Of a stretch of DNA of 64,000 bases, positions 1 through 9,843 are shown piece after piece. The position numbers and the translations under genes are program-made. The DNA lies in the NCBI GenBank assembly GCA_034440395.1, contig JAWXBW010000048.1, positions 6,542 through 70,541 of the forward strand, written 5' to 3'. This DNA comes from Blastochloris sp. (GTDB taxonomy: Bacteria; Verrucomicrobiota; Verrucomicrobiia; Methylacidiphilales; JAAUTS01). The notes beneath the pieces were generated by a model. That model saw nothing but the letters and a program-made list of their open reading frames with translations, made no database searches and had not been told where the DNA came from. Each line of letters opens with the position of its first letter. Position 1 is the first letter of the stretch.

Positions 1-1
1 A

Positions 2-154
2 AAGCTGCCAGACGATCAATTCTGGGCCATGGGTGATAATAGCCCCCAAAGCTCCGACAGCCGTGTCTGGGGTTTCGTGCCGAGAGAAAACCTGATCGGC
101 ACAGGTTCCTTTGTTTACTGGCCTTTTGGTAAACGCTGGGGAATCATCCGCTAA
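2..154 (+). CDS. lepB: Signal peptidase I, C-terminal fragment (5' end outside window)
   Basis: Frame-2 translation is KLPDDQFWAMGDNSPQSSDSRVWGFVPRENLIGTGSFVYWPFGKRWGIIR*. It contains the GDN..S.DSR box typical of S26 signal peptidases. Stop TAA at 152-154. Confidence 0.75.
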   Translation, partial: KLPDDQFWAMGDNSPQSSDSRVWGFVPRENLIGTGSFVYWPFGKRWGIIR

Positions 155-169
155 GTTATCCTACGACGA

Positions 170-2179
170 ATGATTCTTCCGATTAACCAAATGGGTGGCG
201 ACCTCGAAAAACGGGTGCGCGCTATGTTTGGCCCGGGCGGGTTACTTTCTAAGGCTAAGAATTTTGAGCATCGGCCGCAGCAGCAGGAAATGGCAGCAGG
301 TGTGGCGAGGGCTTTAGAACAGCGGCAACATCTCATCGTGGAGGCGGGGACGGGAGTGGGAAAAAGTTTAGCGTATCTCTTACCAGCAGTTCATTACGCA
401 AGAGAGCAGGGGAAGAAGGCTCTCATCTCGACCCACACGATTAATTTACAGGAGCAACTTTTTTATAAGGATATTCCGCTGCTGGAAAAACTATTACCTT
501 TTGAATTTAAGACGGCTCTGTTGAAAGGGCGTCAAAATTACATCTGCCCGCACCGCCTAGCTAAGGCCATGTCAAATGCGGGGGAGCTGTTTGTTAGTAG
601 CGAACAGGCTGAATTGAAACGGATTTGGACCTGGATGCAGACGACAACGGACGGGACGCTGAGTGATTTCGATGTAGAGCCGGATTATAAGGTCTGGAGT
701 CAAGTGTGCAGTGAAGCGCACCTTTGCACCTCGAAGACTTGTGGCAGTAATCCAAAATGTTTTTATCAACAGGCGCGCAAACGGATTATCGAGGCTGACG
801 TGGTCATTTTAAATCATACGTTGTTCTTCACTTGCTTAGGCGGGATGGATGAGGAAACGGCGTCAGAGGAGGGCTACTTATTTCCGAATGATTTTTTAAT
901 TTTTGATGAGGCACACAATTTAGAATCCACCGCAGCACGGCATGTTGGGATTTCTATTTCCGCAAGCTCACTGCGCTATCAATTACAGAAATTGTTTCAT
1001 CCCAGTACGCACAAGGGTTTGCTATCAATCCTGCGCAATACGGCAGCTCAACTTAAAGTAGTGGACGTTTATGAGGCTTCGGATGAATTTTTCTCGAAAG
1101 TGGAAGTGGCCTGCAAATTTAAGAACGGTGGGGAGTTTCGGGTGCGGCGTCCTGAGTTGGTTGTGGATACCTTAGCCCTCCCTTTAATGAACTTGCGCCA
1201 AGCCTTATTGGAAGCTTTAGATGGCTTGGAGGATGAGTCCCAACAAGCGGAACTGCGTGATATGTGTCGACGTCTGGTGGCATGGCGTGATGATTTAAAA
1301 ACGTTCCTCTCACAGGAGCGGGAAGATTATGTTTACTGGGTGGAGAGGACAGGGCGGGATCGTGGTAGTTTGACCTTACAAGCAGCACCAGTGGATTTGG
1401 CGGAGGTTTTAAGATCATTTCTTTTCCGGCCTAATCACTCGGCCACACTGACTAGCGCTACGTTGTCGGTTCATCAAGGTTTAGGTTATTTCCAAAAACG
1501 AATTGGAGCGGAGGAGGCAGAGAGTCTGCAATTAGATTCGCCCTTTGATTATCCAAATCAGATGAAAGTCTTTATACCAAAAAAGATGCCTGACCCGAAA
1601 GAACCTGATTACGAGCCTAGTTTAGAAAGATGGGTCAGGTATTTTACCACCCAAACCCAAGGACGTGCTTTGGTTTTATTTACGAGCTATGGGTTGATGC
1701 ACAGACTGGCCAGCAAAATGCGCACGTGGTTTGAGGACCAGAGCATGACGTTTTTGGTGCAAGGCACAGGCATGTCGAGAAGCTTGTTAGTGGACTCGTT
1801 TAAATCTGGGGAGAAATCGGTGCTTTTTGGAACGGACAGTTTTTGGCAAGGGGTGGATATTCCGGGAGAGTCGTTGACTAATGTGATCATCACGCGGCTT
1901 CCTTTTGCCGTGCCAGACCATCCCTTGGTGGAGGCGAAGCTAGAATGGATTGAGGAGCGTGGGGGAGATGCTTTTGCAGATTATTCCTTGCCTGAAGCAG
2001 TATTGAAATTTAGGCAAGGCGTAGGCAGATTGATCCGTACGGCTTCAGATAAAGGACAGATTGCCGTGTTGGATAATCGTATTTTATCAAAGGGTTATGG
2101 GAAAACATTTATTTCAAAGTTACCCGAATGTCCCGTGGTTTTGTTGGAGGATACGGTTTTAGGGGAGTCTGTTGATTAA
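170..2179 (+). CDS. DinG/Rad3-family ATP-dependent DNA helicase (Fe-S type)
   Basis: 669-aa ORF with Walker A AGTGVGKS, DEAH box FDEAHNLE, a Cys cluster (ICPH...CSEAHLCTSKTCGSNPKCF) and C-terminal helicase motifs (FWQGVDIPG, RLIR). Confidence 0.85.
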   Translation: MILPINQMGGDLEKRVRAMFGPGGLLSKAKNFEHRPQQQEMAAGVARALEQRQHLIVEAGTGVGKSLAYLLPAVHYAREQGKKALISTHTINLQEQLFYKDIPLLEKLLPFEFKTALLKGRQNYICPHRLAKAMSNAGELFVSSEQAELKRIWTWMQTTTDGTLSDFDVEPDYKVWSQVCSEAHLCTSKTCGSNPKCFYQQARKRIIEADVVILNHTLFFTCLGGMDEETASEEGYLFPNDFLIFDEAHNLESTAARHVGISISASSLRYQLQKLFHPSTHKGLLSILRNTAAQLKVVDVYEASDEFFSKVEVACKFKNGGEFRVRRPELVVDTLALPLMNLRQALLEALDGLEDESQQAELRDMCRRLVAWRDDLKTFLSQEREDYVYWVERTGRDRGSLTLQAAPVDLAEVLRSFLFRPNHSATLTSATLSVHQGLGYFQKRIGAEEAESLQLDSPFDYPNQMKVFIPKKMPDPKEPDYEPSLERWVRYFTTQTQGRALVLFTSYGLMHRLASKMRTWFEDQSMTFLVQGTGMSRSLLVDSFKSGEKSVLFGTDSFWQGVDIPGESLTNVIITRLPFAVPDHPLVEAKLEWIEERGGDAFADYSLPEAVLKFRQGVGRLIRTASDKGQIAVLDNRILSKGYGKTFISKLPECPVVLLEDTVLGESVD

Positions 2180-3996
2180 ACAGCTCGCCCGAATTTTTTT
2201 TCTAATTCGTCGCGACTGAGTAAGATCATGGTGGGTCGGCCATGGGGGCAGGTGTAGGGCAGGTCGCACTTATGAAGATCGACGATGAGTTTTTCTAGCT
2301 CTGCGCGACCTAAGATGTCGTTGGCTTTAACGGCGTGCCGGCAGACGGTTTTAGCCACAATTTCTTCACTAAGTTTTCGTTCCCGACGGGTTTCACCGCC
2401 TGCTTCCATTAAGTCAACCAGCATGGTGCGAAAAAAATCTTCAATATGTTGAGTTTTAATCATGGGTGGCAGGGCATCAATCATGAAGGAGTTGCCTCCC
2501 AATGACGCAACTCCGAGACCGACGGCTTGGAGGCTGTCTAAGTTTTGGCGGAGGAAATCGGATTGAGTGGGAGGGAGTTGGAGGCTGATGGGAACGAGAA
2601 GGCCTTGACTGAGAATTTCTTCTTTCGCAACGCGTTCAAGCATTTGTTCAAAGAGCACACGTTCGTGGGCTGCGTGTTGGTCGATGAGGACAATGCCGTT
2701 GAGACCTTCGGCTACGACATAAAGACCCAACATGAGGCCGATGATTTTTAAATCATGGTTTCGTTCATCAGGTAAGGGGATGTTACGTTCTGATTCTTGC
2801 CAACGGACAGCGGGTAAGAGCTCACGAGTAGGCGAGCCACTATCGAAAAACCCCGTTTGGCGTGGCTCAGGATTATTTTGGATGATGGGAGTAGGAAGCC
2901 CTGTCCACGATTGGGGTGGAAGTGGAGGGGTGGTATGAGCAAGGGAGGAGACTGGGCGCAAGGGTTGCGGTGAGCTTACTAAGCTTACTTCCAAAGCCTC
3001 ATGGGTGCTGGCACGGAGGGCGTCTCGCACGGCGGCGGTGACAAAGCTGCGGACAAGGGAGTCGTCACGGAAACGCACCTCGCGCTTGGCAGGGTGGACG
3101 TTGACGTCGACTTGGGTGGGGTCGATTTCCAAAAAAAGAATGAGCACGGGGAACCGCCCACGCATTAGGGTGTTATGGTAACCTTCCAGAACAGCGTAGT
3201 TGAGCGTTGCGTTTTGGACGGGACGGCCATTGACGTAGAGGTGATGTTCTTGTCTGTTTCCACGGCTGACTCCAGGTTGGCCGATGTAGCCGTAAAGGCG
3301 CATGGCAGAATCTTTTGTTTCCACTGGCAGCATGTGTTCCATCCAACTTTTCCCGAAAATTTGGTGAAGACGTTGTGCAAAGTCGGAGGCAGCTGGGTAG
3401 CGAAAGCTCGTGTGGTCATCTTGGTTGAGACTGAAGCCAACTTCGGGTCGCGCAAGGACAGCTAGCCTCACACATTGTTCAATGTGTGCCTTTTCCGTGT
3501 CGTCTGAACGGAGAAATTTACGGCGTCCCGGTGTGTGGAGAAAGAGGGAACGTATTTCTACGGAGGTGCCAGGGGCGCAGCCAGCTTCTTTGACCGAGAT
3601 GAGTTTGCCGCCGTCCATCACGATTTCAGTTCCGGCTAGAGCGACATGTTCACGGGTAAGGAGGCGGAAGCGGCAGACCGAGGCGATGCTAGGTAAAGCT
3701 TCACCACGGAAACCGAAGGTACCTATACTGAGTAAATCTTCTGCACTACGGATTTTACTGGTGGCATGTCGTTCTAGGCAAAGAAGGGCATCGTCGTAAC
3801 TCATGCCTGAGCCGTTGTCACTCACTCGCATGAGGCCTTTACCACCGCGTTGGGATTCGATGTCAATCTGGGTGGCTCCCGCGTCCAGCGCATTATCAAC
3901 CAACTCTTTAATAACGGAAGCGGGGCGTTCAATGACTTCGCCGGCCGCAATGCGGTTGGCTACGGTTTCTTCAAGAAGATGAATCCGATTGGCCAT
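2176..3996 (-). CDS. mutL: DNA mismatch repair protein MutL
   Basis: N-terminus IHLLEETVANRIAAGEVIERPASVIKELVDNALDAG is the classic GHKL MutL signature. C-terminal dimerisation region contains QHAAHERVLFE. Confidence 0.95.
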   Translation of the reverse strand: MANRIHLLEETVANRIAAGEVIERPASVIKELVDNALDAGATQIDIESQRGGKGLMRVSDNGSGMSYDDALLCLERHATSKIRSAEDLLSIGTFGFRGEALPSIASVCRFRLLTREHVALAGTEIVMDGGKLISVKEAGCAPGTSVEIRSLFLHTPGRRKFLRSDDTEKAHIEQCVRLAVLARPEVGFSLNQDDHTSFRYPAASDFAQRLHQIFGKSWMEHMLPVETKDSAMRLYGYIGQPGVSRGNRQEHHLYVNGRPVQNATLNYAVLEGYHNTLMRGRFPVLILFLEIDPTQVDVNVHPAKREVRFRDDSLVRSFVTAAVRDALRASTHEALEVSLVSSPQPLRPVSSLAHTTPPLPPQSWTGLPTPIIQNNPEPRQTGFFDSGSPTRELLPAVRWQESERNIPLPDERNHDLKIIGLMLGLYVVAEGLNGIVLIDQHAAHERVLFEQMLERVAKEEILSQGLLVPISLQLPPTQSDFLRQNLDSLQAVGLGVASLGGNSFMIDALPPMIKTQHIEDFFRTMLVDLMEAGGETRRERKLSEEIVAKTVCRHAVKANDILGRAELEKLIVDLHKCDLPYTCPHGRPTMILLSRDELEKKFGRAV

Positions 3997-4017
3997 TATT
4001 ATAAGTGCTAAGAGAAA

Positions 4018-4908
4018 TTAGTCACCACGGTAACCTAGAACAGAAAGAATGCGTTCTAGATCGGCTGGATTATAGTAATCAATTGCGAGATGACCTTTAG
4101 AGGGAGTTCCAACAAGTTTTATCTTAGTGCCGAGAAGTCGTTGGAGGCGTAGCTCTAGATCGCGCCAATCTGCTGTTGCACCCTTTTTATTTATTTTCTT
4201 GGAAGAGGCGACCGAGCTAGTGCGGGATTCGTCGAGCTCGCGGATGAATTTTTCCGTGTTGCGGACGGAGAGATCTCGTTTAATGATCTCAAGGGCTACG
4301 GCATTTTGCTGAGTGTGGTTGCTAAGAGCTAAAAGAACCTTTGCATGACCGACACTAAGTTGGCGGTGGCGGACAAGTTCTTTAACATCGAGAGCTAGCG
4401 TGGTGAGGCGCAGGGCATTGGCTACGGTAGCGCGATTCCGACCAACTTTTTGGGCGATTTGCTCTTGGGTGAGTTGGAAACGCGCGGCGAGGAGGGCATA
4501 GCCGTCAGCTTCTTCGATGGGATTGAGGTCAGAGCGTTGAAGGTTTTCCACCATGGCCAGCTCGAGCACTTCCATGTCTCCAGCTTGGCGTAGGATGACG
4601 GGAACCTCGGTGAGGCCAGCTAGGCGTGAGGCGCGCCAGCGACGTTCACCGGCGATGAGTTCAAATTTGTCACCGACTTTACGCACGATGAGTGGCTGGA
4701 TAACGCCGTGCTCTAGGATCGAGGCGACTAAGTCAGAGAGGTCTTGTTCAGAGAATGTTTTACGAGGCTGAAAGGGACTGACTACGATGCGGTCGAGATG
4801 GATGTGGTGAACTTTTTCTCCAGAGCTGAATTCTGGTAAAGTCACTGAAACAGTGGTGTTACCGCCGATGAGAGCTCCTAGACCTTTACCCAAAGCGTTA
4901 CGTGCCAT
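4018..4908 (-). CDS. parB: Chromosome partitioning protein ParB/Spo0J
   Basis: ParB box GERRWRASRLAG, an HTH region (QEQIAQKVGRNRATVANALRL) and an N-terminal GLGKGLGALI motif. Confidence 0.9.
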   Translation of the reverse strand: MARNALGKGLGALIGGNTTVSVTLPEFSSGEKVHHIHLDRIVVSPFQPRKTFSEQDLSDLVASILEHGVIQPLIVRKVGDKFELIAGERRWRASRLAGLTEVPVILRQAGDMEVLELAMVENLQRSDLNPIEEADGYALLAARFQLTQEQIAQKVGRNRATVANALRLTTLALDVKELVRHRQLSVGHAKVLLALSNHTQQNAVALEIIKRDLSVRNTEKFIRELDESRTSSVASSKKINKKGATADWRDLELRLQRLLGTKIKLVGTPSKGHLAIDYYNPADLERILSVLGYRGD

Positions 4909-5025
4909 AAGGAAACAAGGTAGGTATGGAAAAGGTCTTGGTCAATCGGGGATTAGGCCATTTACTTAGGTGTTCTAAGTTTAAGCGCTTGGAACGGATT
5001 TAGCAAAGTGTGAACTGAGGAGAGG

Positions 5026-5277
5026 CTAAGTTTCTAAAATTTTCGTGACAGCGGACAATACCTTCCAAGCTCTGATTTTACCTTTATCTTTGCTTTTAAA
5101 GCGTTTCACGATCCAAAGGCTATCCGTTTTATCAGAAACTTTAAAACACCCGTTCACGGTGGTCTCGATAAGTTCTCGCACCCACGTCACTCTCCATTTT
5201 TCATCGCCTTGATTCCAAGGGACGTATATGGGTTCAGATGGTTTGGGAGGATCGCATACAGTTGAGGAATCGGTCAT
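5026..5277 (-). CDS. Hypothetical protein (83 aa)
   Basis: ATG-started ORF in an otherwise empty gap. No recognisable motif. Confidence 0.35.
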   Translation of the reverse strand: MTDSSTVCDPPKPSEPIYVPWNQGDEKWRVTWVRELIETTVNGCFKVSDKTDSLWIVKRFKSKDKGKIRAWKVLSAVTKILET

Positions 5278-5392
5278 TTAATGTAATCTAGCCGATGACG
5301 GGGATTCGTCTAGCATGGACTAAATAATTATTTCCAAATACTTGTTTCAAAGTATCAAGCGAGGGTTTGACCATGCCTGTTGCTAAAACGAC

Positions 5393-5803
5393 TTAAGACT
5401 TATTCTTAATTTTTTCTTTGTGAGCTTTTTTCATTTCTTCACGTTTGGCTTTTTGTGCAGGAGTTAATAAGGCGTTGATCTTTTCATCGGAAGATTTACG
5501 CAAGGCTTGCCTCTCTGCTTTACGAGCTTCTTTGCTTAAGGACTTATTTTGACGAAGAGCCTGCATGGCGGCGAGGTTTTGTTTCTTGGTTTCCGTCATT
5601 TTAGTCTGTTGCGCAGGGGAAAGTCCCAGGGCTTTATCCATTTGTTCAGCATGGCTCTTCATTTTTTCCAGCTTTTCTCTTTTGGCTGATTCTGAGGCTG
5701 GTTGTTTAGGTGCGGGAGGCTGAGGAGTTTCTGCTTTAAGAAGGTTGAGGGGCAGGACGCTAAGGCTTAGGGCTAGTAGAGTAATAGTGGATGTTTTTTT
5801 CAT
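5393..5803 (-). CDS. Secreted Spy/CpxP-like LTXXQ-motif protein
   Basis: Signal peptide MKKTSTITLLALSLSVLPLNLLKA, a lysine/glutamate-rich helical body, and two LTXXQ-like motifs (LSPAQQTKM, LTPAQKAKR). Confidence 0.55.
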   Translation of the reverse strand: MKKTSTITLLALSLSVLPLNLLKAETPQPPAPKQPASESAKREKLEKMKSHAEQMDKALGLSPAQQTKMTETKKQNLAAMQALRQNKSLSKEARKAERQALRKSSDEKINALLTPAQKAKREEMKKAHKEKIKNKS

Positions 5804-5920
5804 GTATATTTATTGATTGTTTTATTGGTTGCTACACACATTGAACATGATGCTTTAAAAATAGTTGCGCAGAAAAATTATTTATTGGGTTTGATTGAGC
5901 TAGGTGATAATTTCGGGGGA

Positions 5921-6118
5921 ATGAGACGGATCATAAAGGTCACGACTAAATCTAAGGCGAAGACTACACTTTCTTCACGCCAGGGATTTAATCGGGTGGA
6001 GCTTGTTATCGCCCTAATGCTTTTTATTCTAGTGGTTTTAGTGGCGGCTCCTGTGGGTTATTTTTATTACACGAAGGCGCACCGACAATCAGACACAATT
6101 AAGAATTGGGGGAACTAA
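5921..6118 (+). CDS. Very small prepilin-type N-terminal domain protein (about 65 aa; start uncertain, ORF opens at 5813)
   Basis: QGFNRVELVIALMLFILVVLV resembles the G|F..xE prepilin cleavage/methylation motif plus a hydrophobic helix. The internal ATG at 5921 is preferred because 5813 would abut the divergent gene. Confidence 0.35.
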   Translation: MRRIIKVTTKSKAKTTLSSRQGFNRVELVIALMLFILVVLVAAPVGYFYYTKAHRQSDTIKNWGN

Positions 6119-6144
6119 GGCAGGTGTAACAGAACCTGGAGGAC

Positions 6145-6786
6145 TCATGGGACTTGAGGCTTGGGATTTTCTTGAATGAGTGGATATTTTTTCCAGTGGG
6201 TGATGTCGTAATGCCACCATTCATCTGGCACGCCACTGAAGCCAGCGGCGAACATGGCTTTTCGCAGGATGATTCCGTGCTTGCGGGGAAGGGGGGGCAG
6301 GTCAGAGAAATCGTGATTGGCGCGGTCGGTAAACTCATCAAAGTTAGAAGGCATTTCGACGAGGCGCCCGCTGAGGGTGGCTAGGGTTAAGTCAACGGTG
6401 GTGCCGCGGGTGTGGCGCGAGCCTTTTTTAGGCGAAGCTAGGAATTTTGAGTTAGGAAATGCTTCCCAAAGCTTTTGTTGAGCCCAGGCGGGGCGGTAGG
6501 CGTCGAGGATGACAATTTGGAAACCTTGACGGCGGAGATCTTTTTGGGCAAGGCGAAGTCGTTTGATCGTTTCTGGGCGCAACCAAGCTAAGCCATTAGG
6601 GTAGATGATTTTTTTGGTAAAATTGTTGGAGGTGGCGTAGCGCATATCGATCAGGAGGTCGGGCATTTCTAAATCGAGGCGGCGCAGTTCGGGAGAGGGT
6701 GACTGGGATTCAGGATTTGTTTGGGCGTAAAGGGATTGGCTGAAAAAAAGCAGCATCAAGCAAAGAGGGAGGGACAGAAAGTGCAT
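6145..6786 (-). CDS. D-alanyl-D-alanine dipeptidase (VanX/DdpX, peptidase M15D), secreted
   Basis: Motifs DMRYATSNNF, LDAYRP, SRHTRGTTVDL and DEWWHY. Signal peptide MHFLSLPLCLMLLFFSQSLYA from the ATG at 6786 (the ORF track starts at a TTG at 6819). Confidence 0.8.
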   Translation of the reverse strand: MHFLSLPLCLMLLFFSQSLYAQTNPESQSPSPELRRLDLEMPDLLIDMRYATSNNFTKKIIYPNGLAWLRPETIKRLRLAQKDLRRQGFQIVILDAYRPAWAQQKLWEAFPNSKFLASPKKGSRHTRGTTVDLTLATLSGRLVEMPSNFDEFTDRANHDFSDLPPLPRKHGIILRKAMFAAGFSGVPDEWWHYDITHWKKYPLIQENPKPQVP

Positions 6787-6896
6787 CTCTGTTTTTCGGG
6801 AGTTTTTGAAGAAAGGCAAGCACGGAACTGTGGGTTTAGGTTTAAAAGATTGGTAGGGCTTGACGTGCTGATGGTGAGGCGAGACTATCGGAGCTG

Positions 6897-7541
6897 ATGG
6901 ACGAAAATACTAGTATCGAAGCAGTGGCCACGGACACTCTAGCTATATCAAGGGAGGAGCTTAATTTGCTGCCTTTATTACGTTATCAAGGGCCGATTGA
7001 GATTATCCAAAATGAACAAGAGTTGGCTGCAGTTTTAGTGGAAATACTATCGGAACCGATTTTGGGTTTTGATACGGAGACGAGGCCTAGTTTCCGTAAG
7101 GGTCAGAATTATCTTCCTTCGCTGGTACAGATAGCGACGAGGCATTGCGTTTTTTTGGTGCAAATTCCAGATGGCATCATGACGGAGACTTTAGCGCGTA
7201 TTCTGGAGTGGCCGGGTTCGACTAAAACGGGTATTGCGCTGCATCAAGATATGTCGCAGTTGCAGCAGTTAGGTGAGTTTGCGGATCAATCTGTGTTAGA
7301 TCTTTCTCGGGTGGCTACACGTTTAGGTTTTAAGACGACGGGGCTGCGTAATCTAGCTGGAATACTGTTGAAGGGTAGGATCACCAAAGGTGCCCAAGTG
7401 ACGGACTGGAGTAAGTTGCGGTTGACGGATGCTCAGATTAATTATGCCGCTACGGATGCCTGGGTGAGCCGCGAATTGTATTTTGCTCTGAAGCAGTTAC
7501 CGGGAGCTGAGGCGGAAATTGAGGCTCTAGTTAAGCGTTGA
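6897..7541 (+). CDS. 3'-5' exonuclease (DEDDy, RNase D/WRN-like domain)
   Basis: Exo motifs GFDTETRP, a HQDMSQL region and YAATDAWVSRELY. Confidence 0.8.
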   Translation: MDENTSIEAVATDTLAISREELNLLPLLRYQGPIEIIQNEQELAAVLVEILSEPILGFDTETRPSFRKGQNYLPSLVQIATRHCVFLVQIPDGIMTETLARILEWPGSTKTGIALHQDMSQLQQLGEFADQSVLDLSRVATRLGFKTTGLRNLAGILLKGRITKGAQVTDWSKLRLTDAQINYAATDAWVSRELYFALKQLPGAEAEIEALVKR

Positions 7542-9140
7542 TGTCAGGGATGTTTTTAGAACTTCACTGAGCCGTTCACGGTTGTAAGGTTTAGCGATGG
7601 CGGCGGTAAAGCCGAAGGGTCTGGGATCTTGCATAACGGGCTGGTCGATGTAACCGCTGGAGGCGATAGCGACTATGTTCGGATCCATTTTTTTCAGGGT
7701 ATGAACAGCGGCGGCACCACCGACTCCGCGAGGAATTATAAGATCCATGATAACCGCATCGTAAGTCCAACCGTCAGCTAAAGCTTGGCCGTAGAGGTCG
7801 ATCACTTCTTTACCGTCTTTAGCTACGGTGACATCGTAGCCTAGCTGTTTAAGCAATGTACCTACGAATTTTCTTACAAGTTCTTCATCGTCCATGAAAA
7901 GTACTTTTTTAGGTCCTGTAAAATGTGGTTTTGGTTTTGATTCTTGTGTGGGTACAGCGGATTTTTCGTAGGGAATATAAAGGCGGACTTTGGTGCCGTC
8001 ATTGAGTTTTGAATCAATAAGGATTGTTCCGTTATGACGTGATAAAACAGAAAGGGCAGAAGTAAGTCCTAATCCAGCTTGACCTGTTTTAGTGCTAAAA
8101 TAAGGTTCGAATACACGATCAATTGCCCCTGGGGCTACTCCAGGTCCTTCATCTTCTATAAGGATGCATAGGTAGTGGCCAGGAGCGAGCTGTGGAGGCT
8201 TACTTTCAGAATTAAGGTCGAACAGAATGCGTGAGACTGACACAGTGAGGATGCCTGAGTTTTGCATCGACTCCAAAGCGTTATTAATGACAGCTTTAAG
8301 GGCGGCGGCGAACGTGGTGGGGTTGATGATGACGGGTTCTAAAGCAGGAGGAATTGAAATTTGTTTTTTGGTAGAGCTCCGTGCAAGAGTAGAATGGATT
8401 ACCTCGGTTAAGAGTGGTTCTAGTTCTGTTGAGACCATATTTATCTGGCCTTCGTCCATGCCTAGGCTTAGGAGCCGCGCCACCACTTGCTGGGCTTGGC
8501 GCGTGGTTTGATCGGCTCGGTCGAGGTGAGCTGCAGGGCTAGTTCCAGAAAGTTCAGCACTTTGCGCAGCATTAATGTGTGCGATGAGATTTTCTAAGAT
8601 GTTTTTAAATTCATGACCAACTCCTGAGGCCATGGAGGATACGACTTCAATTTTTTTTGCCTTGATTCGCTCTTCATCCATTTTTTTTCTAGCGGTGATA
8701 TCATGAGCCACTAAGACAATGCATTCGACAGCGCCATCTTCATTTGTCACCACACGTGCTTGAGATTCGAGATTTATCCAATGGCCTTGTCTGTGGCGCA
8801 TACGATATTCGACTTTACGTCCGACGCCCGTAAGGAGAGATTCTTGGAAGACTTGTTGCACGAGGGGTAGGTCATCTGGGTGAACTTCATCGAGAGAGTA
8901 GGTTCCTTCCAAGCTTTCTGGCTTATAACCCAGAGTGGTGAGGTAGGCGTGATTATTCCACAGCCGCGTGCCATCAGGTTGCACGATAGCAAGAAGATCA
9001 ACGACATTGTCGGTGATCAGTTTAAAAAGTTTCTCAACTTTAGCAACTGAGACATGTTCCTGCTGGAGTTTAGTTAGTTCAGCGAGCAACTGGGAAGAAT
9101 CTCCCGATGTTACGGTCTCGCTCAGATCATGAGTTTGCAT
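7527..9140 (-). CDS. Hybrid sensor histidine kinase/response regulator with PAS domain
   Basis: PAS-like N-terminal region, H-box SGVGHEFKNIL, HATPase G-boxes (DEGPGV, GLGLT) and a C-terminal REC domain (VLFMDDEE...IMDLIIPRG...KP). ATG at 9140 is preferred over the TTG at 9167. Confidence 0.85.
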   Translation of the reverse strand: MQTHDLSETVTSGDSSQLLAELTKLQQEHVSVAKVEKLFKLITDNVVDLLAIVQPDGTRLWNNHAYLTTLGYKPESLEGTYSLDEVHPDDLPLVQQVFQESLLTGVGRKVEYRMRHRQGHWINLESQARVVTNEDGAVECIVLVAHDITARKKMDEERIKAKKIEVVSSMASGVGHEFKNILENLIAHINAAQSAELSGTSPAAHLDRADQTTRQAQQVVARLLSLGMDEGQINMVSTELEPLLTEVIHSTLARSSTKKQISIPPALEPVIINPTTFAAALKAVINNALESMQNSGILTVSVSRILFDLNSESKPPQLAPGHYLCILIEDEGPGVAPGAIDRVFEPYFSTKTGQAGLGLTSALSVLSRHNGTILIDSKLNDGTKVRLYIPYEKSAVPTQESKPKPHFTGPKKVLFMDDEELVRKFVGTLLKQLGYDVTVAKDGKEVIDLYGQALADGWTYDAVIMDLIIPRGVGGAAAVHTLKKMDPNIVAIASSGYIDQPVMQDPRPFGFTAAIAKPYNRERLSEVLKTSLTSTLN

Positions 9141-9228
9141 TATTTGTAAGTAATAGACTTGCAGCAATATACATGCCGAAAAAACAAAAGTATAACAAAT
9201 AGCGAAATAATTTAATCTAGCTTGGTGT

Positions 9229-9834
9229 TTAGTTAGTAGAACCTTTTTCTATCCAGCCTCTATTTTGCATATATTCTTGTAAAGTTAGCGTTAATAGTCG
9301 CGCAGCCTCATTTTTTTGCAGAGCTAAAAACTCGGGTTGAGCCTCATTATTGTCTGGAGGGGTCGCTAACGGATCAAGCTTAACATCCTTAACTTCAATG
9401 TCATAGGTGAGGAAAGGCTGAATCCTCGAACGGTTTAGATCGAAAACAAAAACCGTGCAAAGTAAAGAGGGTTTACGTTTGGAGTTACTTAGGCTGGGAT
9501 CGGGCAGTTGAACTTTGCGCAAGCGCCCCTCAATGAGCCAACTGTTAGGATGCTGGACATCATTCGCCACGGAGCTGGGAATGAGTTGATTTAACCTGTC
9601 GGCAAAAGTTTCCGTAAGCTGGGCAGGAAAGTTGTTTTGTATAATAGCCTCATCGGCAGAAGAGACTTCTAAAATCCATTGGCAATCCGTGCTGTCGAAA
9701 GGCATGACAGTGATATGCTCAGGCCTGCTTAGTGGGGTGGGTCCTGTTGTGGGCTCGATGCGGTTGGTTGAGACGGAGCCACAGCCTGAAAGAAAAATCA
9801 ATGGTACTAATGCGAACGAGGATAAAAACTTCAC
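9229..9834 (-). CDS. Hypothetical lipoprotein
   Basis: GTG start and the lipobox in MKFLSSFALVPLIFLSGCGS. No other recognisable motif. Confidence 0.6.
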   Translation of the reverse strand: MKFLSSFALVPLIFLSGCGSVSTNRIEPTTGPTPLSRPEHITVMPFDSTDCQWILEVSSADEAIIQNNFPAQLTETFADRLNQLIPSSVANDVQHPNSWLIEGRLRKVQLPDPSLSNSKRKPSLLCTVFVFDLNRSRIQPFLTYDIEVKDVKLDPLATPPDNNEAQPEFLALQKNEAARLLTLTLQEYMQNRGWIEKGSTN

Positions 9835-9843
9835 CCGACCAAT

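Noticed and set aside
5100-5116. parS-like half-site GTTTCACG upstream of parB. A second half-site, CGTGAAACA, is at 59687-59695.
   Set aside because: Only one arm of the 16-bp palindrome TGTTNCACGTGAAACA is present in each case (about 12 of 16 matches at best), which is compatible with chance.
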